From NCBI GenBank assembly GCA_030390025.1, contig CM059451.1, positions 15,934,001-15,998,000 on the forward strand: a stretch of DNA of 64,000 nt, in the 5' to 3' direction. Positions 59,993 to 64,000 of the stretch are shown piece by piece. The position numbers and the translations under genes are program-made. This DNA comes from Squalus acanthias (lineage: Eukaryota). The notes beneath the pieces were generated by a model. That model was not told where the DNA came from, ran no database searches, and saw nothing but the letters and a program-made list of their open reading frames with translations. The first letter of the stretch is position 1, and every line of letters begins with the position of its first letter.

Positions 59993-60586
59993 ACGATTAA
60001 AAAACAGCAGCTGCAGGAGCATTTCAAAAGGTTTGGGGGAGAAAGGGCAGGGGGACGGGATTAAATGGATTGCTCTTTCAGTGAGCTGGCGCCGGCACGA
60101 TGGGCTGAATGGCCTCCTCCTGCACTTAAAAATTCTCGGTCGGTCGGCATCCGAAAGGGGAAAGGCAGCTGAACGGTTTTTTTTTGGGTGGAGGCACTTC
60201 TTCAGAGCTCTCTGGAGTTGTCATTTTGGGAAAATAATTTTAAACAAAATGGAGAAAATTGCAATGGGGCGTAGCTTTTAACATAAATATTTCCCGCTGG
60301 TGTCCATGGGCAGAGCCGGCAGTCCTGGAGCTTCCCAAAGTACACAAAGGTTCAAATTACAGGACGATATCATCTTGCAAGCTCGTCTGCTGGAACTGGT
60401 TTTTCTTCTTTGAGGCGTAAATTGTGCAATGCAACAGCGAGGGGAACTTTATTCACCGAGCAGACACGGAAATGGTAACTTGGGGATTTAGGCGGTGCTG
60501 CTGTCACTTCTGTTTACATGTTCACAGGGTGGCCAACTCACCAGGATTGTCCTGGAGTCTCCAAAAACTGATTAAAAGATGCTGCA

Positions 60587-62801
60587 ACTGGGGTACGGGT
60601 TCCAGAGACACTGACTCTCACTGGGGTACAGGTTCCACAGACACTGACTCTCACTGGGGTACAGTTCCACAGACACTGACTCTCACTGGGGTACAGGTTC
60701 CACAGACACTGACTCTCACTGGGGTACAGTTCCACAGACACTGACTCTCACTGGGGTACAGTTCCACAGACACTGACTCTCACTGGGGTACAGTTCCACA
60801 GACACTGACTCTCACTGGGGTACAGTTCCACAGACACTGACTCTCACTGGGGTACAGTTCCACAGACACTGACTCTCACTGGGGTACGGGTTCCACACAC
60901 ACTGACTCTCACTGGGGTACAGTTCCAGAGACACTGACTCTCACTGGGGTACAGTTCCACGGGCACTGACTCTCACTGGGGTTTGGGTTCCACAGACACT
61001 GACTCTCACTGGGGTACAGGTTCCAGAGACACTGACTCTCACTGGGGTACAGTTCCACAGACATTGACTCTCACTGGGGTACGGGTTCCAGAGACACTGA
61101 CTCTCACTGGGGTACAGTTCCACAGACATTGACTCTCACTGGGGTACGGGTTCCACGGGCACTGACTCTCACTGGGGTATGGGTTCCACAGACACTGACT
61201 CTCACTGGGGTACGGGTTCCACACACACTGACTCGCACTGGGGTACAGTTCCAGAGACACTGACTCTCACTGGGGTACAGTTCCACGGGCACTGACTCTC
61301 ACTGGGGTATGGGTCCCAACTACACTGACTCTCACTGGGGTACGGGTTCCACAGACACTGACTCTCACTGGGGTACGGGTTCGGGTTCCAGAGACACTGA
61401 CTCTCACTGGGGTACGGGTTCCAGAGACACTGACTCTCACTGGGGTACAGTTCCACGGGCACTGACTCTCACTGGGGTACGGGTCCAAACTACACTGTAC
61501 ACTGACTCTCACTGGGGTACAGTTCCACACACACTGACTCTCACTGGGCTACAGTTCCACACACACTGACTCTCACTGGGCTACAGTTCCACACACACTG
61601 ACTCTCACTGGGGTACGGTTCCACAGACACTGTCTCTCACTGGGGTACGGGTTCCACATACACTGACTCTCACTGGGGTACAGTTCCACACACACTGACT
61701 CTCACTGGGATACAGTTCCACACACACTGACTCTCACTGGGGTACAGTTCCACACACACTGACTCTCACTGGGGTACGGGTTCCACAGACAATGACTCTC
61801 ACTGGGGTACAGGTCCCACAGACACTGTCTCTCAATGGGGTACAGTTCCACAGACACTGACTCTCACTGGGGTACAGTTCTCCAGACACTGACTCTCACT
61901 GGGGTACGGGTTCCACAGACACTGACTCTCACTGGGGTACAGTTCCACAGGCACTGACTCTCACTGGGGTACGGGTTCCACAGACACTGATTCTCACTGG
62001 GGTACGGGTCCACGGACACTGACTCTCACTGGGATACGGGTTCCACACACTGGCTCTCACTGGGGTACGGGTCCACGGACACTGACTCTCACTGGGGTAC
62101 AGTTCCACAGACACTGACTCTCACTGGGGTATGGGTTCCACAGACACTGACTCTCACTGGGGTACAGTTCCACACACACTGACTCTCACTGGGGTACAGT
62201 TCCACAGACACTGACTCTCACTGGGATACAGTTCCACACACACTGACTCTCACTGGGGTACAGTTCCACACACACTGACTCTCACTGGGGTACGGGTTCC
62301 ACAGACAATGACTCTCACTGGGGTACAGGTCCCACAGACACTGTCTCTCAATGGGGTACAGTTCCACAGACACTGACTCTCACTGGGGTACAGTTCTCCA
62401 GACACTGACTCTCACTGGGGTACGGGTTCCACAGACACTGACTCTCACTGGGGTACAGTTCCACAGGCACTGACTCTCACTGGGGTACGGGTTCCACAGA
62501 CACTGATTCTCACTGGGGTACGGGTCCACGGACACTGACTCTCACTGGGATACGGGTTCCACACACTGGCTCTCACTGGGGTACGGGTCCACGGACACTG
62601 ACTCTCACTGGGGTACAGTTCCACAGACACTGACTCTCACTGGGGTACGGGTTCCACAGACACTGACTCTCACTGGGGTACAGTTCCACAGACACTGACT
62701 CTCACTGGGGTATGGGTTCCACAGACACTGACTCTCACTGGGGTACAGTTCCACACACACTGACTCTCACTGGGGTACAGTTCCACAGACACTGACTCTC
62801 A
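60587..62801 (+). repeat. 32-33 bp minisatellite array, about 68 units
   Basis: Unit ACTGGGGTAC(A/GG)GTTCCACAGACACTGACTCTC in direct tandem. Confidence 0.97.
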
Positions 62802-62857
62802 TTATTAGATTCAGACTCTCCACACTTCAGATTTCTCACCGTATCTCCTGAAGGCGC

Positions 62858-63871
62858 TGGAACTGTACCCCAGTGAGAGTCAGTGTCTGTGGAACTGTAC
62901 CCCAGTGAGAGTCAGTGTCTGTGGAACTGTACCCCAGTGATAGTCAGTGTGTTAGGAACCCGTACCCCAGTGAGAATCAGTGTCTGTAGAACTGTACCCC
63001 ACTGAGAGTCAGTGCCTGTGGAACTGTATCCCAGTGAGAGTCAGTGTGTTAGGAACCCGTACCCCAGTGAGAATCAGTGTCTGTAGAACTGTACCCCACT
63101 GAGAGTCAGTGTCTGTGGAACTGTACCCCAGTGATAGTCAGTGTGTTAGGAACCCGTACCCCAGTGAGAATCAGTGTCTGTAGAACTGTACCCCACTGAG
63201 AGTCAGTGCCTGTGGAACTGTATCCCAGTGAGAGTCAGTGTCTGTGGAACCCGTACCCCAGTGAGAGTCAGTGTGTGTGGAACTGTACCCCAGTGAGAGT
63301 CAGTGTGTGTGGATCTGTACCCCAGTGAGAGTCAGTGTGTGTGGATCTGTACCCCAGTGAGAGTCAGTGTCTGTGGAACCCGTACCCCATTGAGAGTCAG
63401 TGTCTGTGGAACTGTATCCCATTGAGAGTCAGTGTGTGTGGAACTGTACCCCAGTGAGAGTCAGTGTGTGTGGAACTGTACCCCAGTGAGAGTCAGTGTC
63501 TGTGGAACTGTACCCCAGTGAGAGTCAGTGTCAGTGGAACCTGTACCCCAGTGAGAGTCAGTGTGTGTGGATCCCATACCCCAGTGAGAGTCAGTGTCTG
63601 TGGAACTGTACCCCAGTGAGAGTCAGTGTCTGTGGAACCCGTACCCCAGTGAGAGTCAGTGTGTGTGGAACTGTACCCCAGTGAGAGTCAGTGTGTGTGG
63701 AACTGTATCCCAGTGAGAGTCAGTGTGTGTGGAACCTTTACCCCAGTGAGAGTCAGTGTCTGTGGAACCCGTACCCCAGTGAGAGTCAGTGTGTGTGGAA
63801 CCCGTACCCCAGTGAGAGTCAGTGCTGTGGAACCCGTACCCCAGTGAGAGTCAGTGTGTGTGGAACCCGTA
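62858..63871 (-). repeat. Same minisatellite in inverted orientation, about 31 units
   Basis: Unit TGGAACTGTACCCCAGTGAGAGTCAGTGTCTG is the reverse complement of the left-array unit. Confidence 0.97.
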
Positions 63872-64000
63872 GAAAATAAGAAAAGAATTGCTCAAGATTA
63901 ATCGAGAAATGTTGGTTTAATTTATTGAGCCTTCCAGATGGCACGTGTGTTGCCCAGGATAAAATATGATGCGGAGTAGTCTGTGTTGTATGTCGACTTC

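Noticed and set aside
62802-62857. Telomere fusion site
   Set aside because: The arrays are not (TTAGGG)n; only the inverted geometry is similar.
60587-63871. CRISPR array (repeat length about 32 bp)
   Set aside because: Units are contiguous with no unique spacers, there are no cas genes, and the context is eukaryotic.
60424-63879. Repetitive ORFs (ELYPSESQC / TPVRVSV / TDSHWG)
   Set aside because: Translations of the minisatellite, with frame changes at each unit.

Overview
Eukaryotic genomic DNA, probably from a cartilaginous fish (shark or ray), inferred from the repeat families. Positions 783-48309 (+) hold coding exons 3-21 of a non-muscle alpha-actinin, best matching ACTN4. Exons 1-2 lie upstream of the window. 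All introns are GT-AG and the exon lengths are those of vertebrate ACTN genes. The gene has two pairs of mutually exclusive exons: 8a/8b in the actin-binding domain and 19a/19b in EF-hand 1. The 19a/19b pair has long AG-free zones, distant branch-point candidates and RBFOX motifs. Introns and the downstream region contain CR1 and L2 LINEs (one 2.9 kb CR1 has an intact RT region), Deu-domain and other tRNA-derived SINEs, a young TA-flanked MITE, an RTE tail and Penelope-like fragments, one with a minimal hammerhead-ribozyme motif. The window ends in a ~3.3 kb palindrome: two oppositely oriented arrays of a 32-33 bp minisatellite around a 56 bp spacer that may be the terminal exon of a minus-strand gene. 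Most short ORFs in the supplied track are spurious. Repeat boundaries and family names were assigned by eye and are approximate.
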